Below are positions 47,998 through 60,552 of a DNA stretch of 64,000 bases, in pieces; position 1 is the first letter of the stretch, and every line of letters starts with the position of its first letter. The notes beneath the pieces are model-generated. The model made no database searches, was not told the origin of the DNA, and saw nothing but the letters and a program-made list of their open reading frames with translations. The position numbers and the translations under genes are program-made. Source of the stretch: Angustibacter luteus (GTDB lineage Bacteria; Actinomycetota; Actinomycetes; Actinomycetales; Angustibacteraceae); assembly GCF_039541115.1 (NCBI RefSeq), contig NZ_BAABFP010000002.1, positions 558,001-622,000 of the forward strand, written 5' to 3'.

Positions 47998-49667
47998 CGC
48001 GGGCCGGACCAGGGCGCACCACCGAGCGGCGCCGGCGGGACGGGCAACCGCTGGTAGGCCTTGCCGACCGCGGCCGCCGGCTCGTCGTCCTCCTCCGGAG
48101 CCAGCGGCAGCGGGGACGACGTGAGCTCACCCCCGGCCGTGCGCGGCAGCGTCAGCCGGAAGCACGAGCCCTTGCCCGGCTCGCCCCAGGCCTGCAGCCA
48201 GCCGTGGTGCAGCCGGGCGTCCTCGATGGCGATCGACAGCCCCAGGCCGGTCCCGCCCACCGTGCGGGCCCGCGAGGGGTCCGCCCGCCAGAAGCGGTTG
48301 AAGACCAGCGCCGCCTCGCCCGGGCGCAGCCCCACCCCGTGGTCGCGGACCGAGATCGCCACGGCGTCCTCGTCGACCGCGGCCTGCACCTGCACCGGCT
48401 TGCCGTTGCCGTGCTCGAGCGCGTTCACCACGAGGTTGCGCAGGATGCGCTCGATCCGCCGCGGGTCCACGTCGGCGAGCACGGGGACGCCGTCGTCCTC
48501 GATGACCAGCTCGCTGCCCGTCCGCACGGCCAGCGACGTCTCGTTCTCGACGACCCGGGCGACCAGGTCGCGCAGGTCCACCTGCTCGACGTCCAGCAGG
48601 TCGCCGCCGGCGTCGATCCGGCTGATCTCGAGCAGGTCGGACAGCAGTGCCTCGAAGCGGTCGAGCTGGGTCTGCAGCAGCTCTGCCGAGCGCGCCACGG
48701 CCGGCGCGAAGTCGGCCCGGGCCTCGTGCATCACGTCGCCGGCCATCCGGATCGTGGTGAGCGGCGTCCGCAGCTCGTGCGAGACGTCGCTGACGAACCG
48801 CTGCTGCACCCGGGAGAGGTTCTCCAGCTGGCTGATGTGGGTCTGCAGGTTGTGCGCCATCGTGTTGAACGACGCGGCCAGCTTGGCGAGGTCGTCCTCA
48901 CCGCGCGGCACCATGCGCTCCTGCAGCCGGCCGGAGGAGAGCCGCTGGGCCACCATCGCGGCTTGCCGGACCGGCCGCACGACCTGCCGGGTCACCACGT
49001 ACGCCACCCCGCCGACCAGCAGCACCAGCACGACGCCGCCGCCGACCAGGCTGCGCTGCACCAGGTTGATGGTCTCCTGCTCGCGGGCGAGGCTGAACAC
49101 GAAGTAGAGCTCGTAGGGCCCGGCGCCGGGCACGTTGACCGTGGAGCCCATCGCGATCCCGGGCACCGTGCGGTCGCTGCCGGTGTACCGGATCTTGATG
49201 AACTGCTCCTCCTGGTTGCCCGACTTCGCCACCCGCGCGCGCATCTCGGGCGGGATGATCGAGCGCGAGACCGTGCGCGAGTTGAGGTCGGGCAGCACCG
49301 CGGGGCTGTCGTTGCCCAGGCTGCGCAGCAGGATCACGTCTCGGCTGTCGTCCGGTGGTGGTGAGGCCAGCCGCGGCAGCATGTCGTTGACCAGCAGGTT
49401 GAGGCCGGACGAGTCGCTCACCGTGGCGAGCTGGCTCTGCGCGTCGGCCAGCCCGCGGCTGGCCTCGCCGCGGGCGACGTTCAGCCGCTCCTCCACCAGG
49501 CCGGACTGGATGCGCTGGAGCACGACGGTGCCCAGGGCCAGCACGACGATCAGGCCCAGCAGCATGGTCGTGGCGACCACGCGGAGCTGCAGCGAGCGCC
49601 GCCAGCGCTGGCGGACCGCTGCCACCGGCCGCCCGAGGGCGTACCAGAGACGTGTCGTCCACCTCAC
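47994..49667 (-). CDS. mtrB: Sensor histidine kinase MtrB
   Basis: WRRSLQLRVV, HAMP, SDVSHELRTPLTT, RFWRADPSRAR..GGTGLGL. Confidence 0.96.
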   Translation of the reverse strand: MRWTTRLWYALGRPVAAVRQRWRRSLQLRVVATTMLLGLIVVLALGTVVLQRIQSGLVEERLNVARGEASRGLADAQSQLATVSDSSGLNLLVNDMLPRLASPPPDDSRDVILLRSLGNDSPAVLPDLNSRTVSRSIIPPEMRARVAKSGNQEEQFIKIRYTGSDRTVPGIAMGSTVNVPGAGPYELYFVFSLAREQETINLVQRSLVGGGVVLVLLVGGVAYVVTRQVVRPVRQAAMVAQRLSSGRLQERMVPRGEDDLAKLAASFNTMAHNLQTHISQLENLSRVQQRFVSDVSHELRTPLTTIRMAGDVMHEARADFAPAVARSAELLQTQLDRFEALLSDLLEISRIDAGGDLLDVEQVDLRDLVARVVENETSLAVRTGSELVIEDDGVPVLADVDPRRIERILRNLVVNALEHGNGKPVQVQAAVDEDAVAISVRDHGVGLRPGEAALVFNRFWRADPSRARTVGGTGLGLSIAIEDARLHHGWLQAWGEPGKGSCFRLTLPRTAGGELTSSPLPLAPEEDDEPAAAVGKAYQRLPVPPAPLGGAPWSGPR

Positions 49668-50344
49668 CCGGAGCTGCCCGCCTTGTACCCGACGCCGCGC
49701 ACCGTGACCACGATCTCGGGGTGCTCGGGGTCGCGCTCGATCTTGGAGCGCAGCCGCTGGACGTGCACGTTCACCAGGCGGGTGTCTCCGGCGTGCCGGT
49801 AGCCCCAGACCTGCTCGAGCAGCACCTCGCGGGAGAACACCTGCCACGGCTTTCGGGCGAGCGCGACGAGCAGGTCGAACTCGAGCGGCGTCAGCGAGAT
49901 CGGCTCGCCGTCGCGCACCACGGAGTGGCCGGCGACGTCGATGGTGAGGTCGCCGATGTCCAGCCGCTCGGGAGCGGCGTCACCGGAGCTGCGCAGCCGG
50001 GCCCGGACCCGGGCGATGAGCTCCTTCGGCTTGAACGGCTTGACCACGTAGTCGTCGGCGCCCGACTCGAGGCCGACGACGACGTCCACGGTGTCGCTCT
50101 TGGCGGTGAGCATGACGATGGGCACGCCGGACTCCGCGCGGATCCGCCGGCACACCTCGATGCCGTCGACGCCGGGCAGCATGACGTCGAGCAGCACGAG
50201 GTCGGGACGCACCTCGCGGAAGATGGCCATGGCGCCCTCGCCGTCGCCGCAGTGCACGGGCTCGAAGCCCTCACCGCGCAGCACGATCCCGAGCATCTCC
50301 GCCAGTGCGATGTCGTCGTCGACGACCAGTACGCGACCCTTCAT
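49664..50344 (-). CDS. mtrA: Response regulator MtrA
   Basis: LAEMLGIVLRGEGF, AKSDTVDVVVGLESGADDY, LTPLEFDLL, DTRLVNVHVQRLR. Confidence 0.97.
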   Translation of the reverse strand: MKGRVLVVDDDIALAEMLGIVLRGEGFEPVHCGDGEGAMAIFREVRPDLVLLDVMLPGVDGIEVCRRIRAESGVPIVMLTAKSDTVDVVVGLESGADDYVVKPFKPKELIARVRARLRSSGDAAPERLDIGDLTIDVAGHSVVRDGEPISLTPLEFDLLVALARKPWQVFSREVLLEQVWGYRHAGDTRLVNVHVQRLRSKIERDPEHPEIVVTVRGVGYKAGSSG

Positions 50345-50440
50345 CGACCCGTTCCTCGTCCGCCCGGAGGGCATGTCCACGTGCCGGCGGGGAGGTCCGC
50401 CTGAGCCATGATCCCATCCCTGTGCTACTGCTCGGTACTT

Positions 50441-50449
50441 TTGTCCACA
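50441..50449 (+). promoter_or_regulatory. DnaA box upstream of mtrA
   Basis: TTGTCCACA about 100 bp upstream of the mtrA start in a divergent region. Confidence 0.55.
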
Positions 50450-50578
50450 GTCGCGCGCCGGGGCGGGGCCGCGGGATGGCCGCCGTTGCCGTGCGGGGCG
50501 GGTGCCGCGTGGCACGATGACCCCTGTCCGCCGCACCGGAGCAGGCGGACGGCCACCGGCTTCGAGGGGGAGGTGTCG

Positions 50579-51847
50579 ATGGTCCAGCCACCCGACTGGC
50601 AGCCGCCCGACGGCTGGGGCCAGCCGCGCTACCTGCCGCCCAGCCCCGCACCGTCCACACCACCTCCCACACCACCGACCACACCACCCTCCACATCACC
50701 GAGCGCTCCTCCGGACCAGCCCGCCGCCCAGTACGGAGCGACGGCAGGGTACGGACCGCCCCCGGGCTACGGACCGCCCCCGGGGTACGGCGCTCAACCC
50801 GGCTGGACGCCGCCACCGCCGCCCGGCGTCGTCCCGCTCCGTCCGCTGGGTCTCGGCGACCTGCTGGACGGCGCGGTGCGCAGCATGCGGCACAACCCGC
50901 GGGTGATGTTCGGGCTGTCCGCGCTCGTCATGGGGCTGTCCGTGGTGGTGTCCACGGTGCTGCTGCTGGCCGGGGTGTCGCAGGCGGTCGACGCGTTCGA
51001 CCCGGCGAGCGGGACGCTGACCTCCGACCAGGCCGTCGACCTGGTCTCGGCGGGCATCGTGCCGTTCGTCCTGCCGCTGCTGGTGCAGTGGTTGGCGATG
51101 TCCGTGCTCAACGGCGTCCTGATCAGCGCGGTCTCCGACGCCGTCATCGGACGACGTCCCACGGCCGGCGGGGTGCTGCGCCGGGTCGGCTGGGCCGGCG
51201 TCGGGCGGCTGCTGCTGGTCACCTTCGCCACCGCTGGGCTCGGCCTGGTCGCCGTCGCCGTCATCGCGGTGCCGGTGGCGGCGCTGTTCGTCGTCGCCGT
51301 CCCTGCGGGGGCGGCGGCCGCTGTGCTGGGGACCCTGCTGGCGGCCGCCGTCCTGGTCTTCCTGTACGTGCGGCTGGCCTTCGCCGCCCCAGCGCTCCTG
51401 CTCGAGCGGCTCGGCGTGGTCGCCGCCCTGCGCCGCTCGTGGCGGCTCGGCAGGGGGTCCTGGTGGCGGGTGCTCGGCGTGCTGCTGCTCACCGCGATCA
51501 TCGCCGGCGTGACCTCGGGGCTGCTCCAGCTGCCCTTCGGGATCATCGGTGAGCTGGTCGGCGTCGCGATGGGCTCGAGCGGCGACGACTCCTCGCTCAC
51601 CGTGGCCGTGGTGGTCTCCGCGATCGTGTCCAACCTCGGGGCCGTGCTGGCGGCGACCGTGGTCTCCCCGTTCTCGGCCGCCGTCGTGTCACTGCTCTAC
51701 ATCGACCTGCGCATCCGGCGCGAGGGCCTGGACGTCGCCCTGGTCCGCGCCGCGGCCGCCACCGCGGCCGAGGCCGCGGACCCGTCCGGCACCAACCCGT
51801 CCGGCACCAACCCGTCCGGCAACAACCCGACCGGCCCCCACCGGTGA
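50579..51847 (+). CDS. Pro-rich multi-pass membrane protein
   Basis: GYGPPP repeats, PGVVPLRPLGLGDLLDGA, ALRRSWRL, LLYIDLRIRREGLD. Confidence 0.88.
   Translation: MVQPPDWQPPDGWGQPRYLPPSPAPSTPPPTPPTTPPSTSPSAPPDQPAAQYGATAGYGPPPGYGPPPGYGAQPGWTPPPPPGVVPLRPLGLGDLLDGAVRSMRHNPRVMFGLSALVMGLSVVVSTVLLLAGVSQAVDAFDPASGTLTSDQAVDLVSAGIVPFVLPLLVQWLAMSVLNGVLISAVSDAVIGRRPTAGGVLRRVGWAGVGRLLLVTFATAGLGLVAVAVIAVPVAALFVVAVPAGAAAAVLGTLLAAAVLVFLYVRLAFAAPALLLERLGVVAALRRSWRLGRGSWWRVLGVLLLTAIIAGVTSGLLQLPFGIIGELVGVAMGSSGDDSSLTVAVVVSAIVSNLGAVLAATVVSPFSAAVVSLLYIDLRIRREGLDVALVRAAAATAAEAADPSGTNPSGTNPSGNNPTGPHR
51779..51836 (+). repeat. Coding 15-bp tandem repeat (PSGTN-like x4)
   Basis: cccgtccggcaccaa repeats at the 3' end of the gene. 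Confidence 0.85.
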
Positions 51848-52485
51848 GCCTGGGCTCGGCGAACGCCCCGCTCGAACCAGGGCGTGAGCTCGCCCGGCAG
51901 TGGGCCAGGCAGGAGCTCAGCGACCCGGTCTACGCCAGGGCCCGACCGGGCTGGCTGCGCCGCGCCGTCGACTGGGCGCTCGACCAGCTGAGCCGCATCG
52001 AGATCCACCCGACCCGGCTGACCGACCCCCGCACGGCCGTCGTCCTGCTGGTGGCGCTCGCCGTCGTGGTGCTCGTCGTGGTCCGGCTGCGGCGAGGCCG
52101 ACTGCGCGGCGCAGCGCAGGACGCCGAGCGGCGCGAGCTGTTCGGTGCGGTGGCGCGCACCGCCGCGGCCCACCGACGGCTGGCCGACGAGGCTGCCGCC
52201 GCCGAACGCTGGGCGGACGCCGTCCGCGAACGGTTCCGCGCCGTCGTCCGGACGCTCGACGAGCGCGCCCTGCTCGACGACCGACCGGGCCGAACGGCTG
52301 ACGAGGCGGCCGGCGAGGCGGGTCGGGTCCTGCCCGACCTCGCCGCCGGGCTGACCGACGCGGCCCGGCGGTTCGACGACGTGACCTACGGCGACGCCGC
52401 CGCCGGCCCGGCGGACGACGCCCGGTTGCGGGCCCTGGACCAAGCAGTCACCCAGGCGCGGCTGCCCGTGGGGGCTCGACCGTGA
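51844..52485 (+). CDS. DUF4129 protein
   Basis: ARQELSDPVY, AVRERFRA, RPGRTADE, FDDVTYG. Confidence 0.88.
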   Translation: MSLGSANAPLEPGRELARQWARQELSDPVYARARPGWLRRAVDWALDQLSRIEIHPTRLTDPRTAVVLLVALAVVVLVVVRLRRGRLRGAAQDAERRELFGAVARTAAAHRRLADEAAAAERWADAVRERFRAVVRTLDERALLDDRPGRTADEAAGEAGRVLPDLAAGLTDAARRFDDVTYGDAAAGPADDARLRALDQAVTQARLPVGARP

Positions 52486-53635
52486 AGCGACCCGGCGCCG
52501 GGCCCGTGCTGGTCGGGGTCGTGGTCACGGTGGCCGTCGGCATCGGCCTGCTGCTCGTGCGCCCCGGCTCGTCGGGACTTCTCGACCCGGACAGCCCGGC
52601 ACCGGACGGCACCCGCGCGCTCGTGCACGTGCTGCGCGACCACGGCATCGACGTCCGCGTCCAGCACCGGTTCGACGCGCTGAGCAGCGACGTGCAGGCC
52701 ACCGGCACCCCGGTCACCGTCGTCGTCGCGCGGCCGGACCGGTTGGGCGCCGGGCGCGTCGCCGACCTCGACCGGCTGACCCAGGGCTCGCGCGCCGACC
52801 TCGTGCTGGTCGGCGCGCAGGACGACGTGCTCGCCGACCTGGACCTCCCCCTCGGTGCGAGCCCGGCCACGTCCGACGTGCGGCTCGACGCCGCCTGCGA
52901 GGACGGCGCGGCGGGCCGGGCCGGCGCGGCCGACCTCGGCGCCGACGTGGCATACACGACCAACGACATCGGCGGGTCCGGGACCGACCGGGTCCGCCAG
53001 TGCTACCCCACGGACCCCAGCGCCAGCGCGTTCGTGCAGGTCGCGCAGCGGGACGGCCGGAGCACCACCCTGCTCGGCTCCGGCGCCGCCCTGACCAACG
53101 ACCGGCTGGGTCGCGCCGGAAACGCCGCCCTGGGCGTCGGCGTCCTGGGCCACCAGCCGGTGCTGGAGTGGTGGGTGCCGGACCCGCTGGACGGCGCACC
53201 CCGGGCGAGCACGCCTACGCTCGGCGACCTCACCCCGGACTGGGTCCGGTACGGCGCGCTCCAGCTCGTCGTGGTGCTGGCCGTGCTGGTGGTCTGGCGC
53301 AGCCGCCGGTTCGGCCGGCTGGTCCGCGAGCCGCTGCCCGTCGTCGTCCGTTCGATCGAGACCACCCGAGGACGCGCCCAGCTGTACCGCCGGGCCAGGG
53401 CGAGCGGGCGCGCCGCCCAGGTGCTGCGCGCCGCCAGCCTGCAGCGCCTCGCCGTCGGGGTCGGGCTGTCCCGCAGCGCACCCCCGCCCGAGGTCGCAGC
53501 GGCCGTCGCCCGCGCCAGCGGTCGCGCTCTGGACGACGTCGAGGCCCTGCTGCTCGGCCCCGACCCGGCGGATGACGCCACACTGGTCCGGCTGGCCCGC
53601 GACCTGGACGCCCTCGAGAAGGAGGTTCACCGAAC

Positions 53636-53639
<4 letters not shown>
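52482..53639 (+). CDS. DUF4350 protein
   Basis: LDPDSP..DGTRAL, LTNDRL..GNAAL, RRFGRLVREPLPVVVR..ET. Confidence 0.88.
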
Positions 53640-54619
<980 letters not shown>

Positions 54620-54638
54620 GCGATCTGACGAGGGCCTG

Positions 54639-55934
54639 GTGACGCTGACCGGGCGCTGCGCGCTGCTCGCGCTGACCGGCGTCGGGTGGGTCGTGCTGGT
54701 CATGCCGAGCCGGCTGGGCGTGCTGGTCTGGCTGCTCGTCGTCCTGCTGGCGATCGGCGCCGACCTGCTGATCGCCGCCAGCCCGCGCGCCCTTGAGCTG
54801 ACCCGCGGCACGACCGGCTCGGTGCGCCTCGGCGAGCCGGCGGCCAGCGAGCTGACGGTGCTCAACCGCGGCCGGCGCCGGCTGCGGGCGCGGCTGCGCG
54901 ACGCCTGGCAGCCCTCGGCCGGCGCGGACCCGGACCGGCACGAGCTGACCGTGCCGGCAGGCGAGCGACGCCGGGTCAGCACCCCGCTGCGGGCGCGGCG
55001 CCGCGGCGACCTGCTCGCCGACCGGGTGACGGTGCGCTCGCTCGGTCCGCTCGGGGTGGCGGCCCGGCAGCGGTCGGTGGCCGTACCGGGTCGGCTGCGC
55101 GTGCTGCCGCCGTTCACCTCGCGCAAGCACCTGCCCAGCCGGTTGGCCCGGCTGCGCGAGATCGACGGCCGCTCCAGCGTGAACGTGCGCGGTCAGGGCA
55201 CGGAGTTCGACTCGTTGCGCGACTACGTCGAGGGGGACGACGTCCGCAGCATCGACTGGCGGGCCACCGCACGCCGCCGTGAGGTCGTGGTGCGCACCTG
55301 GCGTCCCGAGCGCGACCGCCGGGTGCTGCTCGTGCTGGACACCTCGCGCACCGCCGCCGCCCGGGTCGGCGACGAGCCCCGGCTGGACGCCGCGATGGAC
55401 GCCGCGCTGCTGCTCGCCGCCCTGGCCAGCCGGGCGGGCGACCGGGTCGACCTCATCGCGGTGGACCGGCGGGTCCGCGCCCGCGTCGAGGGGGCGAGCC
55501 CGACGTCCCTGCTGTCGTCCCTGGTCACCGCGATGGTGCCGTTGCAGGCCGAGCTGGTCGAGGCGGACTGGTCGGTCGCGGTCGGCGCCATCACCAGTCG
55601 GCTCAGCCAGCGCTCGCTGGTCGTGCTGCTCACCGCCCTGGACTCGGCGGCGGTCGAGGAGGGCCTGCTGCCGGTGCTGGCCCAGCTGACCCGGCGGCAC
55701 CAGGTGCTGGTCGCCTCGGTCGCGGACCCCGACATGGACCGGATGCGCTCCCTGCGGGACACCCCGGAGGACGTGTACGACGCGGCCGCCGCCGAGCGCC
55801 TCGGGCTCGAGCGCCAGCGGGTCGCCCGGTTGCTCACCCGGCTGGGCGCGGACGTCGTCGACGCGTCGCCGGCCCAGCTGCCGCCGAAGCTGGCCGACCG
55901 CTACCTGGAGCTGAAGGCCGCCGGTCGGCTCTGA
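54639..55934 (+). CDS. DUF58 (vWA-like) protein
   Basis: GTEFDSLRDYVEGDDVRSIDWRATAR, LDTSR. Confidence 0.92.
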   Translation: MTLTGRCALLALTGVGWVVLVMPSRLGVLVWLLVVLLAIGADLLIAASPRALELTRGTTGSVRLGEPAASELTVLNRGRRRLRARLRDAWQPSAGADPDRHELTVPAGERRRVSTPLRARRRGDLLADRVTVRSLGPLGVAARQRSVAVPGRLRVLPPFTSRKHLPSRLARLREIDGRSSVNVRGQGTEFDSLRDYVEGDDVRSIDWRATARRREVVVRTWRPERDRRVLLVLDTSRTAAARVGDEPRLDAAMDAALLLAALASRAGDRVDLIAVDRRVRARVEGASPTSLLSSLVTAMVPLQAELVEADWSVAVGAITSRLSQRSLVVLLTALDSAAVEEGLLPVLAQLTRRHQVLVASVADPDMDRMRSLRDTPEDVYDAAAAERLGLERQRVARLLTRLGADVVDASPAQLPPKLADRYLELKAAGRL

Positions 55935-55951
55935 GGCCCGGCTCGATGGCG

Positions 55952-56947
55952 CTAGCCCGCGATGGGCAGGGCGTCCCCGACGTACCGCTCCTCCAGGTCG
56001 CCGATCTCCCCCCGCCGGACCGCCCACCGGCCGAGGGTGAACACGTACGTCAGGAACGCGACCTCGACCAGCGCGCCGATACCGATCCGCGCCCAGGTCG
56101 GCAGCGGCGACGGCGTCACGAAGGCCTCGATGGCCCCTGACACGGCCAGCACCAGCACCAGCCCCATCGCGATGGCGACGGCAGCGCGGCCCTCCTGCGC
56201 GAGCGCGCCGGAGCGGGTCCGCGGCCCCGGGTCGATCCACGACCAGCACAGTCGCAGCCCGGTGCCCGCAGCCACGAAGACGGCGGTGAGCTCGAGCAGC
56301 CCGTGCGGCAGGATCAGCCCGAAGAACAGGTCGAGCCGGTCCCGGCTGGCCATCAGCCCGCCGACCAGCCCGACGTTGAGCGCGTTCTGGTAGAGGATCC
56401 ACAGCACCGGCAGCCCCAGCACGCCCGAGGCGATGCAGAGCGCGGCGATCCAGGCGTTGTTCGTCCAGACCTGCGCGGCGAAGCTGCTCGCGGCGTACGT
56501 CGAGTAGTAGCTCTCGAAGTCGTTCTCGACGAGCTGGCGGATCTGCTCGTCGCTGGCCACCGCGGCTTGCACCTGCGGGTGCGCCGCGACCCACCAACCG
56601 ACCGCGAGCGCCAGCACCAGCGAGGCGAGCGCGCACGAGATCCACCACCGGCGCGCGCGGTACAGGGCCGCCGGGAACGACACGGCGAAGAACCGAGCGA
56701 GGTCGCGCCAGGCCGCCTCGGGCGGGCCGGTGGTGGCCGCCCGGGCGCGGGTGACGAGGGCGGACAGCCGGGCCACCAGGGCCGGGTCGGGTGCTGTGGA
56801 CCGGACGACGGACAGCTGGGTGCCGACCCGCTCGTACAGCGTGACGAGCTCGTCGGCCTCGGCCCCGGTCAGCCGGCGACGTCCGCTGAGCTCACCCAGC
56901 CGCGCCCACTCCTGCCGGTGCGCGCTGACGTACGCGTCCAGGTCCAC
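55952..56947 (-). CDS. Stage II sporulation protein M (SpoIIM) family membrane protein
   Basis: MDLDAYV..W.RL, VWTNN, ILPHGLLEL, IEAFVTP. Confidence 0.92.
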   Translation of the reverse strand: MDLDAYVSAHRQEWARLGELSGRRRLTGAEADELVTLYERVGTQLSVVRSTAPDPALVARLSALVTRARAATTGPPEAAWRDLARFFAVSFPAALYRARRWWISCALASLVLALAVGWWVAAHPQVQAAVASDEQIRQLVENDFESYYSTYAASSFAAQVWTNNAWIAALCIASGVLGLPVLWILYQNALNVGLVGGLMASRDRLDLFFGLILPHGLLELTAVFVAAGTGLRLCWSWIDPGPRTRSGALAQEGRAAVAIAMGLVLVLAVSGAIEAFVTPSPLPTWARIGIGALVEVAFLTYVFTLGRWAVRRGEIGDLEERYVGDALPIAG

Positions 56948-56976
56948 GGGGCGACCCTATGGCCTAGCCTGCCCGG

Positions 56977-57810
56977 GTGGACGTGAAGGTGACCGGCGAC
57001 GCGATGGTGACCGGGGACGCCGTCCTGCTCGACATCCGGCCGGCCTCGTTCGCGTCCCGCGCGGTCTCCGGTGCCATCGACCTGGGCGTCGAGCTGCTCG
57101 CGCTGATCCTCCTGCTGGTGGGCGCGGTGCAGCTCGGATCGGGGCTGGACGGCGCGGCCGCCGCCGCGATGGCGCTGACCATCGTGGTCGGGATCACCGT
57201 CGGCGTCCCGGTCGTGACGGAGACGCTGACCCGCGGCCGCACGCTCGGCAAGCTGGTCATGGGGATGCGCGCCGTGCGGGACGACGGCGGGCCGATCCGG
57301 CTGCGCCACGCGCTGGTGCGCGGCCTGGTCGGCTTCGTGGAGATCTGGGTCTTCTGGGGCGTGCCGGCGCTGCTGTGCTCGCTGTTCAGCGCCCAGGGCA
57401 AGCGGCTCGGCGACCTGGCCGCCGGCACCTACGTGGTGCGCGAGCGGCCGGCGCGCGCGACGTCCGTGATGGCGCAGATGCCGCCGCAGCTGGCGGGCTG
57501 GGCCCGGCACGCCGACATCGGCCGGCTGCCCGACGGGCTCGCCCTGTCGGTGCGCCAGTTCCTCAGCCGCGCACCGGGGATGCACGCGGGCGCCCGGTCC
57601 CAGCTGGCGTCATCGCTGGCCGCGGCCGTCACCGCGCACGTCGCGCCGCCGGCACCGGCGGGCACCCACCCCGAGGCGTTCCTGGCGGCCGTGCTCGCCG
57701 AGCGACGGGCCCGGGACGTCGTCCGGCTGGCCCGGGACGAGCACCGGCGCCAGCGGCTGGCCGCCACCGACTCGGTCGAGAACGCACTCGCGCGGGTGCG
57801 CCGCCCCTGA
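56977..57810 (+). CDS. RDD family membrane protein
   Basis: MVTGDAV.L, SRAV..ID, GRTLGK, GKRLGDLAAGT. Confidence 0.92.
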   Translation: MDVKVTGDAMVTGDAVLLDIRPASFASRAVSGAIDLGVELLALILLLVGAVQLGSGLDGAAAAAMALTIVVGITVGVPVVTETLTRGRTLGKLVMGMRAVRDDGGPIRLRHALVRGLVGFVEIWVFWGVPALLCSLFSAQGKRLGDLAAGTYVVRERPARATSVMAQMPPQLAGWARHADIGRLPDGLALSVRQFLSRAPGMHAGARSQLASSLAAAVTAHVAPPAPAGTHPEAFLAAVLAERRARDVVRLARDEHRRQRLAATDSVENALARVRRP

Positions 57811-57886
57811 CCCGAAGGTCTGGACGGCGCACCCGCGCGGGGTGGCCAGCCGACGTCGAGCGAGCCGGGGCTCGCTCCGGAACGGC

Positions 57887-59323
<1,437 letters not shown>

Positions 59324-59453
59324 GGGGTGCCTTTCGGTTGCCGTGCTTCATCGGGTGCGTCATCGGGTACGAGGAACGGACCGGCCCACAGGACCGGTGC
59401 GCTCGCACCCGGCGCGGCCCCTCTGGGCCTGCGGCATCACCGACGCCGGAACG
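59324..59453 (-). promoter_or_regulatory. Structured 5' leader of ahcY (candidate cis-regulatory RNA)
   Basis: TAGGGT -10-like hexamer at 59460-59465; competing stems visible in the leader. Confidence 0.4.
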
Positions 59454-59565
59454 GCACCCACCCTACCGCGTCCGGGGCCGGCACCCGGTCGCCGCCGGCG
59501 CGCTCCGCCCTGCACTCGTGCCGCGTTCCGGTGGCCTCACCTGCTGCCGAGAGCACGCGAACGGG

Positions 59566-60495
59566 TCACGGCTGGGGGGTGTCAGCGGGACGGCGGATGT
59601 CCGGCTCCAGGTAGATGACCTGGGCGATCGGGACGGCGGCGCGCACCCGCCGCTCGGCCGCGTCGATCGCCAGCGCGACGTCGGACGCCGAGTCGGTCGC
59701 CGCGACCTCGATCTTGGCCGCGACCAGCAGCTCCTCCGGGCCCAGGTGCAGCGTCTTCATGTGGATCACCGAGTCCACCCCCTCGCCCAGCAGGGCCGCC
59801 TCGATGGCACGCACGTTCTCGACCGTCCCGGCCTCGCCGAGCAGCAGCGACTTCATCTCCACCGCCAGCACGAACGCGACCGAGACGAGCAGCAGCCCGA
59901 TCATCGCCGTGCCCGCGGCGTCCCAGCGGCCGTTCCCGGTAGCCAGGGTCATCGAGACGCCGAACAGGGCGAACACCAGCCCGATCAGGGCGGCCAGGTC
60001 CTCCAGCAGCACGACCGGCAGCTCGGGTGCCTTGGCGGTCCGGACGAACTGCACCCAGCTGCGGTCCCCCCGCACCTCGTTCGACTCGTGGATCGCCGTC
60101 CGGAACGAGTAGGACTCCATCCCGATCGCGGCCAGCAGCACGACGATCGGCACCCACCGCCAGGCATCGATGCCGTGCGGGTCGTGCCACTTGTGGTACG
60201 CCTCGTACAGCGCGAACAGGCCACCGATCGAGAAGAGCACGATCGAGACGATGAAGCCGTAGACGTACCGTTCGCGGCCGAAGCCGAACGGGTGCTCGGG
60301 GGTGGCGCCGCGCTTCGACCGCTTGCCACCGACCAGCAGCAGCACCTGGTTGCCGGAGTCGGCCAGCGAGTGGATCCCCTCGGCCAGCATCGAGCTCGAC
60401 GCGGTCAGCGCGAACGCGGCGAACTTGGTGACCGCGATGCCGAGGTTCGCGGCGAGCGCCGCGACGATCGCCTTGGTACCGCCGCCTGCTGACAT
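59566..60495 (-). CDS. Cation diffusion facilitator transporter
   Basis: MLAEGIHSLAD, HPFGFGRE, LEDLAAL, KSLLLGE. Confidence 0.93.
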   Translation of the reverse strand: MSAGGGTKAIVAALAANLGIAVTKFAAFALTASSSMLAEGIHSLADSGNQVLLLVGGKRSKRGATPEHPFGFGRERYVYGFIVSIVLFSIGGLFALYEAYHKWHDPHGIDAWRWVPIVVLLAAIGMESYSFRTAIHESNEVRGDRSWVQFVRTAKAPELPVVLLEDLAALIGLVFALFGVSMTLATGNGRWDAAGTAMIGLLLVSVAFVLAVEMKSLLLGEAGTVENVRAIEAALLGEGVDSVIHMKTLHLGPEELLVAAKIEVAATDSASDVALAIDAAERRVRAAVPIAQVIYLEPDIRRPADTPQP

Positions 60496-60552
60496 TCGGG
60501 TTCTCCTGGGGTCGTCGAGCCGGTGCCCGGAACGGGCGGTGCGAGAAGGGTC

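Noticed and set aside
45557..48130. 857-aa ORF suggesting a large ComF fusion
   Set aside because: Upstream part is an alternative frame over lpqB; ComF starts at GTG 46213 overlapping the lpqB stop
50745..50790. 18-bp GYGPPP coding repeat
   Set aside because: Ordinary low-complexity N-terminus of Pro-rich actinobacterial membrane proteins
59347..59370. 12-bp duplication tcatcgggtgcg / tcatcgggtacg in the ahcY leader
   Set aside because: Only two copies; no independent evidence of function
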